Sequence record: SRR31156797_1413
Direction: 5' to 3' (one strand)
Length of the DNA: 64,000 bases
Below, piece by piece: positions 9,522 through 19,400 of this stretch. A program made the translations under genes and the position numbers. The first letter of the stretch is position 1; each line of letters begins with the position of its first letter. Below the pieces are notes generated by a model that worked only from the letters and a program-made list of their open reading frames with translations, ran no database searches and was not told the DNA's origin.

Positions 9522-11408
9522 TTATGAGTCGCTGGACTCTTCGTTACTGTTTTCTCTTACATCAAATTCTACGTGCCATTTTTGACCGTTGTCTGCTGCA
9601 ATTGCTTCCAGATAGAGAGTTCCTAACTCAGTGACTCGAGAAGCAAGGGTCACAGGGACAACTTCACCTTCACGACGGCCTTCAGAAATCGGTAGGGTCA
9701 CTTGAATTTCAGGTAACTCTTCCAACTCTTCTGGAACCCAATAATCAAGGTGAGTACCAGCAACGTCATCACGGCGCGTCGTTGAACCGTAAAATTGGAA
9801 GTGAACAGGCTGACCAATGACTAGGCCAAACTGCTGACTTGGAACTTCTGCGTGAGAGCCTTCTTCCATACCAAATGGGGCAACACAAAGTGCTTCCATC
9901 GGGGGAGCCATACCTGGAATGGCTGGCATCGCACTTTCAATACCAACGTAGTAGGCCGAAGCAATACCACCTCGGATACGGACGCCCTCACCTCGGCGAA
10001 CATTGCCGTAGTATGCGGCACCGCTAGCCACGGCAAGATCAAGGTCAAGACCAGAAAGACGTTTAGCTTGAGAGGCTTGTGCGCTGCTTAACCACTCATT
10101 AATGGTATTGAACAGGCGGTTCGCAAGCAGATCGGATTTCAGCACACCACCGTTAAACAAAATCGCACTTGGCTTGATGAAATCTATTGTAGGCGCCGAC
10201 ATGCCCGGAATACCGGCCATATTAAATGGCGCTGGCTCTGAGTGACCTTGGCCTTGTGCATCAGCTTGTTTTGATAAGAAAGCCGCGATGTGGCGAGTGA
10301 TACCCGCATCTTGGGCGTAAGGCAGCCCCATGTGCGTTAATGCACCACGAGATTTTTGAACGGGGTGATCGCTAATTGCCACTTGTGGGAAGAAACCATC
10401 AACCAGCGTTTGTTGAACTTCTTCCTTGGTGAGTTCGGTTTTAAGCGTAGCGCCAAGCAGTTTAGAACCGCGACTTGGCACAACAATCGGCACAGACTGA
10501 AGTTCAGAATCTTTTAGCAGTGCTTCTTTTGCATCACGACAAGCATGCGTCATTGCTTGAACTTGCCATGGCTGTAGTTCCTTACCTTGTTGCGCCAGCT
10601 TCATTTTAAGGCGGTAGGCGAGAGCAAGGTCCATGTTGTCGCCACCCAGCAGAATATGTTCACCAACCGCAATGCGGTTTAGTGATAGGTTACCCTGATC
10701 TTCGGTAACTTCAACTAACGATAAGTCAGTGGTACCGCCACCGATATCGACAACCAAAATCACTTCACCGACAGAGACTTCATCACGCCAAGCGTCACTG
10801 CTGTTATTTATCCAGCTGTATAGTGCCGCTTGTGGCTCTTCTAACAGGGTTAAATGGGCGAAACCGACGTTACGTGCCGCTTCTGCCGTCAGATCGCGGG
10901 CTGCAGGATCAAACGATGCAGGTACAGTAATCGTGACATCTTGTTGTGCGATTGGGTGAGACGGGTGTTCATGGTTCCAAGCTTGTTTAATGTGCTCAAG
11001 GTATAACTCAGTGGCGCGAAGCGGTGATACCTTAGCGACATCTTCTGGGCTACCTTGTGGGAGAAAAGCATCACGACGATTAACGCCGCCATGGCATAGC
11101 CAAGATTTTGCGCTGGCAACTAAACGAATCGGCGTTTTTACGCCTAGGTTACGTGCAATCGCGCCAACTAAAGCAGTTGGGGATTCTGTCCAAGGCAGGC
11201 GTTTTGAAGATTCAGACATTTCGTGTTCGTGCGGCTGGTATAAAAATGAGCCTAACTGATCACGAGTTTCCACTGTGCCTGGCGCGGTCATTTGAGCAAT
11301 GCCCATCACCGTTACTGCTTGATCGTCTGATTCAGTATCAACATAAGCTAAAACGCTGTGAGTTGTACCTAAGTCGATACCGATGCTGAATTTTGCGTTT
11401 TGTTCCAT
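9522..11408 (-). CDS. DnaK-related Hsp70-family protein
   Basis: GIDLGTTH, TVPASFD, LLEEPQAA, DIGGGTTDLSL, LGGDNMD and LAVASGAA motifs. Confidence 0.9.
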   Translation of the reverse strand: MEQNAKFSIGIDLGTTHSVLAYVDTESDDQAVTVMGIAQMTAPGTVETRDQLGSFLYQPHEHEMSESSKRLPWTESPTALVGAIARNLGVKTPIRLVASAKSWLCHGGVNRRDAFLPQGSPEDVAKVSPLRATELYLEHIKQAWNHEHPSHPIAQQDVTITVPASFDPAARDLTAEAARNVGFAHLTLLEEPQAALYSWINNSSDAWRDEVSVGEVILVVDIGGGTTDLSLVEVTEDQGNLSLNRIAVGEHILLGGDNMDLALAYRLKMKLAQQGKELQPWQVQAMTHACRDAKEALLKDSELQSVPIVVPSRGSKLLGATLKTELTKEEVQQTLVDGFFPQVAISDHPVQKSRGALTHMGLPYAQDAGITRHIAAFLSKQADAQGQGHSEPAPFNMAGIPGMSAPTIDFIKPSAILFNGGVLKSDLLANRLFNTINEWLSSAQASQAKRLSGLDLDLAVASGAAYYGNVRRGEGVRIRGGIASAYYVGIESAMPAIPGMAPPMEALCVAPFGMEEGSHAEVPSQQFGLVIGQPVHFQFYGSTTRRDDVAGTHLDYWVPEELEELPEIQVTLPISEGRREGEVVPVTLASRVTELGTLYLEAIAADNGQKWHVEFDVRENSNEESSDS

Positions 11409-12040
11409 TACAGCTCAACCTCTGCTGGAGCAATGATAGAAGCGTCATAATTCTCAGCCAGTTTTGGCAGAGTCATTGAATCCGCTTTCCAGCCTTTGTG
11501 GATCAGAGTCCCTGTAAATGGTGCTGAACCTGAAACGTTACCCACCAGACGCACTTGTTGTGCATTAAAACCTTCTTCCAGTGTGATGCGAGTTTCTTCG
11601 TCTTCACTGCGAACTGGAGATAGAGCAACGTACTCTTTTAGCACTTTTTGGCCACCAGCGTGAATGACACGTGCTGCTGCACCCACTTCTTCATCTGAAA
11701 AACTGGTGACATCTTCTTTGAGGAAATCAATTAGACGCGCTTCTTGTTGGAACAGAGAAAGTAGCTGCATCGCTGAGTCTGTACTTGCGGTTGCCAGTTT
11801 AGATTCTACTTCAACGACTTTTTCTACCACTTTCTCGACTTCGACAACTTTTTCAACTTCAACGATCTTTTCAACGGGCTTCTCTACTTCAACAATTTTC
11901 TCTACTGGCTTCTCAACCACTTTCTCAATTACTTTTGATTTGCGAGATACGGCGATGATCAGCAGCAGGATGCTAGAGGCGGCTAAACCAGCATGAAGGA
12001 TATCGAAGGTTGTTGGAATGACGTTTAAATCGAAGTTCAT
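11408..12040 (-). CDS. DUF2760-family membrane-anchored protein with V/E/K repeats
   Basis: ATG 12040 with an AGAG SD; TM LAASSILLLIIAV; QLLSLFQQEARLIDFL.ED and GWK...APAEVEL motifs; stop overlaps the next ATG by 1 nt. Confidence 0.8.
   Translation of the reverse strand: MNFDLNVIPTTFDILHAGLAASSILLLIIAVSRKSKVIEKVVEKPVEKIVEVEKPVEKIVEVEKVVEVEKVVEKVVEVESKLATASTDSAMQLLSLFQQEARLIDFLKEDVTSFSDEEVGAAARVIHAGGQKVLKEYVALSPVRSEDEETRITLEEGFNAQQVRLVGNVSGSAPFTGTLIHKGWKADSMTLPKLAENYDASIIAPAEVEL
11804..11936 (-). repeat. Coding repeat encoding EKVVEKPVEKIVEVEKPVEKIVEVEKVVEVEKVVEKVVEVE
   Basis: Visible in the translation; degenerate at the DNA level. Confidence 0.85.
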
Positions 12041-12367
12041 GATGAATTCTCTATAAATGAATGAATGCAGAGTGTATTGAGCAAATGCTTCTGCATGACT
12101 AGCGTCAACGGACACTAAGTTAAAAGTTAGCAAAAAAATAGGGGCGAATCTTACCATATTCAAGGATTAAGGCTTACAGAAAAGCGTTTTTCTCACAATT
12201 TATATGGTTCGACAGACTATCTTTTATACACATTTGCTGAATAAATCAGCGAACGAGAGCGAGTCGATTGAGGATAGGCGCTATTTTCCAGTTTGGCGTC
12301 GAGTTTTTATTTGTAGTCGGGTAACATACCGACTTTTCAGTTTTAGAACAGAGGACTTCATTTACCA

Positions 12368-12898
12368 ATGAACTATAACCGTGTTGTTTGCTTCGATTTA
12401 GAAATGTGCTGTTGGAACGAAAACGGAGTAGGCACAACTGGAGAGATCATTGAAATTGGTCTGGCTGAAATTGATTTGGCCGCTGGCGAAATCGTGAAAC
12501 GCGCCCAATACTACGTGAAGCCGGAACAGGACGAAATTTCACTGTTTTGTACCGAGCTGACGGGTATAACACCCCGTAAGATTGAAAAACAAGGCCGCCC
12601 TTTAGCGGAAGTGTTGAAATCTATGGTCAAGAACTTTGGTGGTCCCAATAAGATTTACTCGTCTTGGGGGCGAGATGACCTTATTTTAATTAATGAGTGT
12701 CAGGACAAAGGTATCGAAGTGCCATTCAAAGAGTTTATTAATATCGCGACGTTGTACCGAATGCAAAATCGCTTAAAAGACAAAAGAATTGGTCACCGTG
12801 CTGCTCAAGAAAGCAAAGGTATTGAGTGGGAAGGCCGCCAGCATTCGGGTTACGTTGACGCATACAACTTAGCCAAACTAACGTTAACCATGCTGTAA
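12368..12898 (+). CDS. DEDDh 3'-5' exonuclease (ERI-1/KapD-like)
   Basis: FDLEMCC, EIIEIG, CTELTGIT and QHSGYVDA motifs. Confidence 0.85.
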   Translation: MNYNRVVCFDLEMCCWNENGVGTTGEIIEIGLAEIDLAAGEIVKRAQYYVKPEQDEISLFCTELTGITPRKIEKQGRPLAEVLKSMVKNFGGPNKIYSSWGRDDLILINECQDKGIEVPFKEFINIATLYRMQNRLKDKRIGHRAAQESKGIEWEGRQHSGYVDAYNLAKLTLTML

Positions 12899-12920
12899 TT
12901 AGTCTAAATTTTTCAATCAT

Positions 12921-12945
12921 AAAGAGCGCTCGAATGGCGCTCTTT
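12921..12945. terminator. Bidirectional terminator
   Basis: AAAGAGCGC-TCGAATG-GCGCTCTTT between convergent genes. Confidence 0.7.
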
Positions 12946-12962
12946 ATGTATCTGTTTATTGC

Positions 12963-13409
12963 TTATTGTTTATTGGTCGTCATCAACTTCGCGCGGATAA
13001 ACTCATGGTGATCAACATACAGCAGTTCCGATGTTTTGCGGATAACGGCATCTTCTAACGGATCAATCTCACCATCTGCATGAGCGACCTCCCACATTGC
13101 TTTGATGAGTTCAAATCGAGTCTCTTGGGACAGCTCTCGTAGCTGAGAAGTGAAATCATACAGTGAAGCGGATTGCTTGATTTGTTCGTCCGCTTTTCCT
13201 ACTAGCAGTTGAGCTTCGGCTTCAGAGAGCCCCAGCAGACGTTGAATGAGATGCAGCTTGGCTTCTTGCTCCTGATCGCCGATTTGATAATCCGCGCCTG
13301 CCACTTCACTCAATAAACAAGCAATAGCAAGATTAGGGCTGTGTTTTTGTTGGCTAAGATCTTGTCCATCCAGCAGTTGTTTAAATAGGGAAGTAATCGC
13401 GTTAAACAT
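12963..13409 (-). CDS. TerB-family protein
   Basis: LLSEVAGAD...E and MWEVAHADGEIDPLE motifs. Confidence 0.85.
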   Translation of the reverse strand: MFNAITSLFKQLLDGQDLSQQKHSPNLAIACLLSEVAGADYQIGDQEQEAKLHLIQRLLGLSEAEAQLLVGKADEQIKQSASLYDFTSQLRELSQETRFELIKAMWEVAHADGEIDPLEDAVIRKTSELLYVDHHEFIRAKLMTTNKQ

Positions 13410-13515
13410 AATGAAACCTCACTCACTTATTTCTATAAATTATATTTCTTATTATAAAGACAGGTTTTGTCGAAAACAGTTCAGACAACTTTGGTTGGAA
13501 AAATGATGGAGAAGG

Positions 13516-13878
13516 TTAGAGGTCATCGTCTGTCGCGAAGGGTTCAATCATTTCTATAAAATCAGAACTGGTGCGCTCATGAGCCATAATCAGTAATGTG
13601 AGTAAAATTTCTGCTTTGGTTTTTATGCCTTTATCGTCTTCGCGAAGTAGGGTTTCTATTTGCTGACGAATCAATTCAACCTCGTGTTCGACAAAGCCTC
13701 GTCCTTCTTCTTCACCTTGGCCTTCTTCCGGCGCATTATCAAATTCAAGAAAAATGAACTCGTTATCGACATGTGTATTAATCAGACGCTCAGGCAACCA
13801 CTCTTCACCCATCACAATTTCCGGGTCACTGTCAGGCGGTAGTGAATCTAACAAAGCTTTTAGTTCAGATGCTTTCAC
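13516..13878 (-). CDS. Acidic hypothetical protein
   Basis: 120-aa ORF filling the gap between neighbours; GTG start. Confidence 0.65.
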   Translation of the reverse strand: MKASELKALLDSLPPDSDPEIVMGEEWLPERLINTHVDNEFIFLEFDNAPEEGQGEEEGRGFVEHEVELIRQQIETLLREDDKGIKTKAEILLTLLIMAHERTSSDFIEMIEPFATDDDL

Positions 13879-14045
13879 AATTAGGTCTTATGGTCATTTA
13901 TCTCTCTATATAATAACGGCCATTTGAGCCAGAAACTAAAAGTTCTTTTTAAAATTAAAGATATAATTTGATGTGGTATTAAAAAATGGCAAAAAAAAGC
14001 AGCCCTTGGAGTGGGCTGCAATCATTACACTTTGTTAGGGAACGA

Positions 14046-14633
14046 TTAAAGTGCAATGGCTTCTAGTTGAGATTGTGCTGATTCAATCCCTTTAGCTGCT
14101 GGTTCTTCACCCATGTTTAGAGCCTCTGCGTACACAAACTCAACGTCTGTAATACCAATAAAGCCAAGAATTGTTTTTAGGTAAGGTGTTACGATGTCAG
14201 ATGCTGCATCTTTATGGATACCGCCACGAGTTGTGATAACAACTGCTTTCTTACCTTCGATTAAACCTTGTACACCAGCTTCAGTATATTTGAATGAAAC
14301 GCCTGCACGAGCAATTAAATCAAACCAGTTTTTCAACTGGGTTGGAATAGTGAAGTTATACATTGGAGCAGCAATCACTAGCGTGTCAGCTTCTTTTAAT
14401 TCTGCGATCAATTGGTCTGAAATATCGATAACTTTTTGCTGTTCAGCAGTCACACCTTCGGTTGCACGCAACGCTGTAGCAACTGATAAGTCAAGTACTG
14501 GAAGTGGAGACTCTGCCAAATCGCGTACTGTAAGTTTGTCTTGATCAAACTTAGTTAGGTAAGCATCAATCAGTTTGCCTGATTGAGAGTAATCGCCAAG
14601 AATACTAGATTTAAGAGCAAGTACTTGAGACAT
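14046..14633 (-). CDS. azoR: FMN-dependent NADH-azoreductase
   Basis: [29 protein letters not shown] and TTRGG motifs; AAGGA SD before ATG 14633/14636; divergent from hrpA as in E. coli. Confidence 0.93.
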   Translation of the reverse strand: MSQVLALKSSILGDYSQSGKLIDAYLTKFDQDKLTVRDLAESPLPVLDLSVATALRATEGVTAEQQKVIDISDQLIAELKEADTLVIAAPMYNFTIPTQLKNWFDLIARAGVSFKYTEAGVQGLIEGKKAVVITTRGGIHKDAASDIVTPYLKTILGFIGITDVEFVYAEALNMGEEPAAKGIESAQSQLEAIAL

Positions 14634-14818
14634 CATTTGTTCCTTAAGTATGGTTATCACTTTGATGTTTACATATTAATGAGATGTGGCGCACATAAAA
14701 AGCAGGAATAATTGCATGAGTTATTCAAAAAAATTGAATAATAGGAATTGCTAATCCCAGCACCATACTGTGATACAATCCCGCCAGTTTTTGTTAAAGA
14801 AAAGAATAGGTAAACGCT

Positions 14819-17800
14819 TTGACTCAGTCACAGCCTAAACAAGAAGCAAACCGTTCCGCTAAAGCCAACAGCGCACCGTCGCTAAAGAAAGCGTTGAACC
14901 AGTGTTTGTACAAAGATCGTTTTAGATTCAGTAAACGTATTGCTGGCGCAAGCAAAATCAAAAAAGAAGACGCTCGTAACGCTGTATTTGATGAAATTGC
15001 GTTGGATATTGCGCAATCTATGATGGTTGTGCAGCAGCGCATTAACCAAAAAGTTACTATCGAGTACCCAGAGCTTCTGCCTGTTAGCCAGAAACGAGAT
15101 GACATCGCTAAAGCGATTGACGAAAACCAAGTGGTGATCGTCGCGGGTGAAACCGGCTCCGGTAAAACAACGCAGCTTCCGAAAATTTGTGCAGAGCTGG
15201 GGCGTGGTAAGTATGGCTTGATCGGTCATACACAACCGCGTCGTCTTGCCGCGCGATCGGTTGCGAACCGCATTGCCGAAGAGATGGAAACAGAACTGGG
15301 TAATTTTGTTGGTTACAAAGTTCGTTTTAACGACCAAATTTCAGATCAAACTCAAATTAAACTGATGACTGACGGTATTTTGCTGGCAGAAATTCAGCAT
15401 GACCGTTTCCTAAGTCAGTACGACACTATCATTATCGATGAAGCGCACGAGCGTAGTCTAAATATCGATTTCATTATGGGTTATTTAAAGCAGTTACTGC
15501 CGCGTCGCCCAGATTTGAAAGTGATTATTACCTCGGCGACCATCGACCCTGAGCGTTTTTCTAAACACTTTAATAACGCTCCAATTATTGAGGTATCTGG
15601 CCGTACTTATCCGGTAGATACCCGTTATCGTCCGTTGGCGAGTGATGAAGACAGTGACCGCGACCAGTTAGAAGGAATCTTCGAAGCCGTCGATGAGCTG
15701 TGTGATGAAGGTCTTGGTGACATTCTTATCTTTATGAATGGTGAACGAGAAATTCGTGATACGGCCGATGCGCTATCAAAGCGCAATCTGCGTGACACAG
15801 AAATTGTGCCTTTGTACGCGCGTTTGTCTGCAGGTGAACAGAATAAGATTTTCCAGCCTCATGCTGGTCGTCGTATTGTACTGGCAACCAACGTTGCAGA
15901 AACCTCATTGACGGTTCCGGGTATCAAATATGTGATTGACCCGGGTACGGCGCGTATTAGCCGATACAGCTACCGAACCAAAGTTCAACGCCTTCCGATT
16001 GAACCGATCTCCCAAGCGAGCGCGAATCAGCGTAAAGGGCGTTGTGGTCGTGTCGAAGAAGGTATCTGTATTCGTCTGTACTCGGAAGATGATTTCCTAT
16101 CTCGTCCTGAGTTCACCGATCCTGAAATCTTACGCACTAACTTAGCGTCCGTTATTCTTCAAATGACCTCTTTAGGGCTCGGTGATATCGAAGCCTTCCC
16201 GTTTGTTGAAGCGCCAGATAAGCGCAACATTCAGGATGGTGTTCGCCTACTGGAGGAACTGGGAGCGATTGCGGAAGATAAGAAAAATACCAAAAAGCGT
16301 CTGACAGAAGTGGGGCGTAAGCTTGCTCGTTTACCGATTGACCCTCGTTTAGCTCGTATGGTACTTGAAGCGCCTAAAATGGGTTGTTTGAAAGAAGTGA
16401 TGGTGATTGCGTCAGCACTTTCCATTCAGGATCCGCGTGAAAGACCAAGTGATAAACAGCAATCATCGGATGATAAACACCGTCGTTTCTTTCATGAAGA
16501 GTCTGATTTCTTAACGTTAGTCAATCTGTGGGATTACATTAAGAAACAGCAGAAAGCGTTGACCGGAAACCAGTTCCGTCGTCAATGTAAACAGGATTAT
16601 TTAAACTACTTACGTATTCGTGAGTGGCAAGATGTCTATTTCCAACTGCATCAATCGATGCGTGAAATGGATTATAAACTCAATGATGAGCCGGGCAGCT
16701 ACCAAGGCGTTCATACCGCCATTTTGGTCGGCTTACTTTCGCATATCGGTGTGAAAGATCCGGAGAAGAATGAGTATCAGGGTGCGCGTAATGCGCGTTT
16801 CAATATTTTCCCAGCTTCCGGGTTGTTTAAGAAGCAGCCGAAGTGGGTGATGTCTGCTGAGTTGGTGGAAACATCAAAATTGTGGGCGAGGATTGTTGCG
16901 AAAATTCAACCCGAATGGATAGAGCCATTGGCAAAACACTTAATCAAGCGCACCTACAGTGAGCCTCATTGGTCGAAGAAGCGTGCGGCGGTCATGGCGT
17001 ATGAAAAAGTGATGATCTATGGCATTGCGATTGTACCGAAGCGTTTGGTTAATTACGGCAACATTGACCCTGCAGTCAGCCGCGAGATTTTTATTCGTAG
17101 CGCATTGGTTGAAGGGGAATGGGAGACCAAACACAAGTTCTTCAAACTTAACCGTTCATTGCTGCAAGAAGTTGAAGAACTCGAGCATAAATCGCGTCGT
17201 CGTGACATCTTGGTCGATGATGAAGACCTGTTCCAGTTCTATGATCAGCGTGTTGGTACTGAAGTCGTTTCTGGCCGTCATTTTGATACTTGGTGGAAGG
17301 CAACCAGCCAAAAGTCTCCTGAGCTGCTGAACTTTGAAAAAGAGATGCTGTTCAAAGGTGACGCCAGCCATGTGACAGATTTGGATTATCCAAATTTCTG
17401 GTATCAAAATGGCATCAAGCTTAAGTTGAGCTACCAGTTTGAACCAGGAGAGGATAGTGACGGTGTCACGGTTCATATTCCACTGCCGATTCTGAACCAG
17501 ATTGATCCACAAGGTTTTGATTGGCAGATTCCAGGATTGCGCCACGAGCTGATCGTTAGTCTGATTAAATCACTGCCTAAGAACTTACGTAAGAACTTTG
17601 TTCCCGCTCCAAACTATGCGGATGCGTTCTTGTCTCGCGTGACAGCAATGGAATTGCCCTTGCTGGATGCTCTTGAGAAAGAACTTCGCCGCATGACTGG
17701 CGCAGAAGTATTACGTGATGACTGGAACCTGGAACAAGTCGCGGATCACTTAAAGGTCACATTCCGCGCCGTAGACCATCGCAACCGTAAGCTCAAAGAG

Positions 17801-18757
17801 AACAAAGATCTTTACGAACTGAAAGAGAGCTTAAAAGATAAAGTTCAAGAGACGTTATCAAAAGTTGCGGATGATGATATTGAACAGTCTGGTCTGCACA
17901 CATGGTCGTTTGGTGAGTTACCAAAAGTGTACCAACAAAAGCGTGGTGGTTTTGATGTCAAAGCATACCCTGCGCTGGTGGATAAAAAAGACAGTGTTGA
18001 GATCAAACTGTTTGAAACTGAGCAAGAGCAGCATAGCGCAATGCGTGAAGGTCAGCGTCGCTTGATTTTGTTGAATGTTCCATCGCCGATTAAATATCTC
18101 CACAGCAACTTACCGAACAAGTCTAAACTTGGTTTGTACTTTAATCCGTTTGGTAAAGTGATGGATTTGATCGATGACTGTATTGCTTGTGGCATTGATA
18201 AGTTGTTGGAAGAGCGTGGCGGCATGGCCTGGACACCGGAAGAATTCGAATCATTAAAAGAATTTGTTCGCGCGGAGTTGGGTGACACCGTGGTCGATAT
18301 TGCTAAGCAAGTGGAAGAGATCCTGACTATGGCGTTTAACATTAATAAACGCTTGAAAGGAAAAGTCGATTTCACGATGGCGTTTGCTCTTTCGGATGTG
18401 AAAGCGCAAGTCGAGGGGCTGATATTCAAAGGGTTTGCTACCGAGTGCGGTTGGAAGCGATTGCCGGACATTCTGCGTTACATGAAGGCAATAGAGCGCC
18501 GCTTAGAGAAATTGCCGATAGATCCAAACAAAGATCGTCTGCATATGCTTAAAGTGGAATCGATTCGGGAAGATTATAAAGAGCTGCTTAACAAAGTACC
18601 GAAAGGCATGGCAATGCCGGAAAGTATTAAAGAAGTTCGTTGGATGATAGAGGAGTTAAGGGTGAGTTATTTTGCTCAGCAGCTTGGTACGCCTTACCCT
18701 GTCTCGGACAAACGTGTTAAAAATGCAATTGATGCAGCTTTGAATCCTGCGTCTTGA
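14819..18757 (+). CDS. hrpA: ATP-dependent RNA helicase HrpA
   Basis: GETGSGKTTQ, DEAHER, SAT and QRKGRCGR motifs; C-terminal EELRVSYFAQQLGT. Confidence 0.97.
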   Translation: MTQSQPKQEANRSAKANSAPSLKKALNQCLYKDRFRFSKRIAGASKIKKEDARNAVFDEIALDIAQSMMVVQQRINQKVTIEYPELLPVSQKRDDIAKAIDENQVVIVAGETGSGKTTQLPKICAELGRGKYGLIGHTQPRRLAARSVANRIAEEMETELGNFVGYKVRFNDQISDQTQIKLMTDGILLAEIQHDRFLSQYDTIIIDEAHERSLNIDFIMGYLKQLLPRRPDLKVIITSATIDPERFSKHFNNAPIIEVSGRTYPVDTRYRPLASDEDSDRDQLEGIFEAVDELCDEGLGDILIFMNGEREIRDTADALSKRNLRDTEIVPLYARLSAGEQNKIFQPHAGRRIVLATNVAETSLTVPGIKYVIDPGTARISRYSYRTKVQRLPIEPISQASANQRKGRCGRVEEGICIRLYSEDDFLSRPEFTDPEILRTNLASVILQMTSLGLGDIEAFPFVEAPDKRNIQDGVRLLEELGAIAEDKKNTKKRLTEVGRKLARLPIDPRLARMVLEAPKMGCLKEVMVIASALSIQDPRERPSDKQQSSDDKHRRFFHEESDFLTLVNLWDYIKKQQKALTGNQFRRQCKQDYLNYLRIREWQDVYFQLHQSMREMDYKLNDEPGSYQGVHTAILVGLLSHIGVKDPEKNEYQGARNARFNIFPASGLFKKQPKWVMSAELVETSKLWARIVAKIQPEWIEPLAKHLIKRTYSEPHWSKKRAAVMAYEKVMIYGIAIVPKRLVNYGNIDPAVSREIFIRSALVEGEWETKHKFFKLNRSLLQEVEELEHKSRRRDILVDDEDLFQFYDQRVGTEVVSGRHFDTWWKATSQKSPELLNFEKEMLFKGDASHVTDLDYPNFWYQNGIKLKLSYQFEPGEDSDGVTVHIPLPILNQIDPQGFDWQIPGLRHELIVSLIKSLPKNLRKNFVPAPNYADAFLSRVTAMELPLLDALEKELRRMTGAEVLRDDWNLEQVADHLKVTFRAVDHRNRKLKENKDLYELKESLKDKVQETLSKVADDDIEQSGLHTWSFGELPKVYQQKRGGFDVKAYPALVDKKDSVEIKLFETEQEQHSAMREGQRRLILLNVPSPIKYLHSNLPNKSKLGLYFNPFGKVMDLIDDCIACGIDKLLEERGGMAWTPEEFESLKEFVRAELGDTVVDIAKQVEEILTMAFNINKRLKGKVDFTMAFALSDVKAQVEGLIFKGFATECGWKRLPDILRYMKAIERRLEKLPIDPNKDRLHMLKVESIREDYKELLNKVPKGMAMPESIKEVRWMIEELRVSYFAQQLGTPYPVSDKRVKNAIDAALNPAS
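17457..17469. other. matS site (MatP-binding), inside hrpA
   Basis: GTGACGGTGTCAC matches GTGACRNYGTCAC exactly. Confidence 0.7.
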
Positions 18758-18772
18758 GGTGACTTGGGTATA
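18737..18772 (-). repeat. ERIC/IRU-like terminal half element overlapping the hrpA stop
   Basis: Reverse complement TATACCCAAGTCACCTCAAGACGCAGGATTCAAAGC; similar copies at 34361 and 52730. Confidence 0.65.
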
Positions 18773-18872
18773 ACATTTGCATAGTTAAACGAAAGCACTA
18801 TAATTTGGCGCAATGTGGCAATGGATAGCCGATAATCGGACTGTTGCCTCTCGTTATAAAAGAAGGTTAATT

Positions 18873-19355
18873 ATGAAAAAGACTCTATTAGCACTCGCTC
18901 TTATCGGAGCGTCTACAACAGCTTTCGCTGATTCATGGATCTACGGTGGTGCGTCTGTTGGACAGTCTGACCTTAATGGTAAAACTGCGACTTCAATGAC
19001 CGTTCACGCAGGTACTGGTATTCTTCCGTTCATTGGAGTAGAAGCTGGTTATACCGACCACGGTGACTTTGATATTTCTGCAACAGAAGAACTATCAGCA
19101 AGTTCTGTTTACTTTGCGCTTAAGCCAAGCATGGATTTTGGTCCTTTACATGTCTATGCACGTGCTGGCCTTCACTCTTGGGACAAAGAAGTAAACAGCT
19201 CTAAAATTGATGATGGTGTTGATTTGATGTATGGCTTTGGTGCTGAGTACTTCATTATGGGCCCATTCTCTGTAGGCGCAAGCTACAACAACTACGAACT
19301 AGACAAAGATAATATTGACTCGTTCACGCTAAACGCGACATTCCACTTTTTATAA
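18873..19355 (+). CDS. Small outer-membrane beta-barrel protein (OmpA transmembrane-domain-like)
   Basis: Signal peptide MKKTLLALALIGASTTAFA; amphipathic strands (GVEAGY, VYARAG, YGFGAEY); aromatic C-terminus. Confidence 0.85.
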   Translation: MKKTLLALALIGASTTAFADSWIYGGASVGQSDLNGKTATSMTVHAGTGILPFIGVEAGYTDHGDFDISATEELSASSVYFALKPSMDFGPLHVYARAGLHSWDKEVNSSKIDDGVDLMYGFGAEYFIMGPFSVGASYNNYELDKDNIDSFTLNATFHFL

Positions 19356-19372
19356 GCTAGACAGTCGCTAAG

Positions 19373-19400
19373 AAAGCCAGCCAGTGAGCTGGCTTTTTTT
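19373..19400 (+). terminator. Rho-independent terminator
   Basis: AAAGCCAGC-CAGTGA-GCTGGCTTTTTTT. Confidence 0.8.

Noticed and set aside
11664-11996. 110-aa plus-strand ORF with STTFSTS repeats
   Set aside because: Antisense shadow of the V/E/K repeat in the DUF2760 gene
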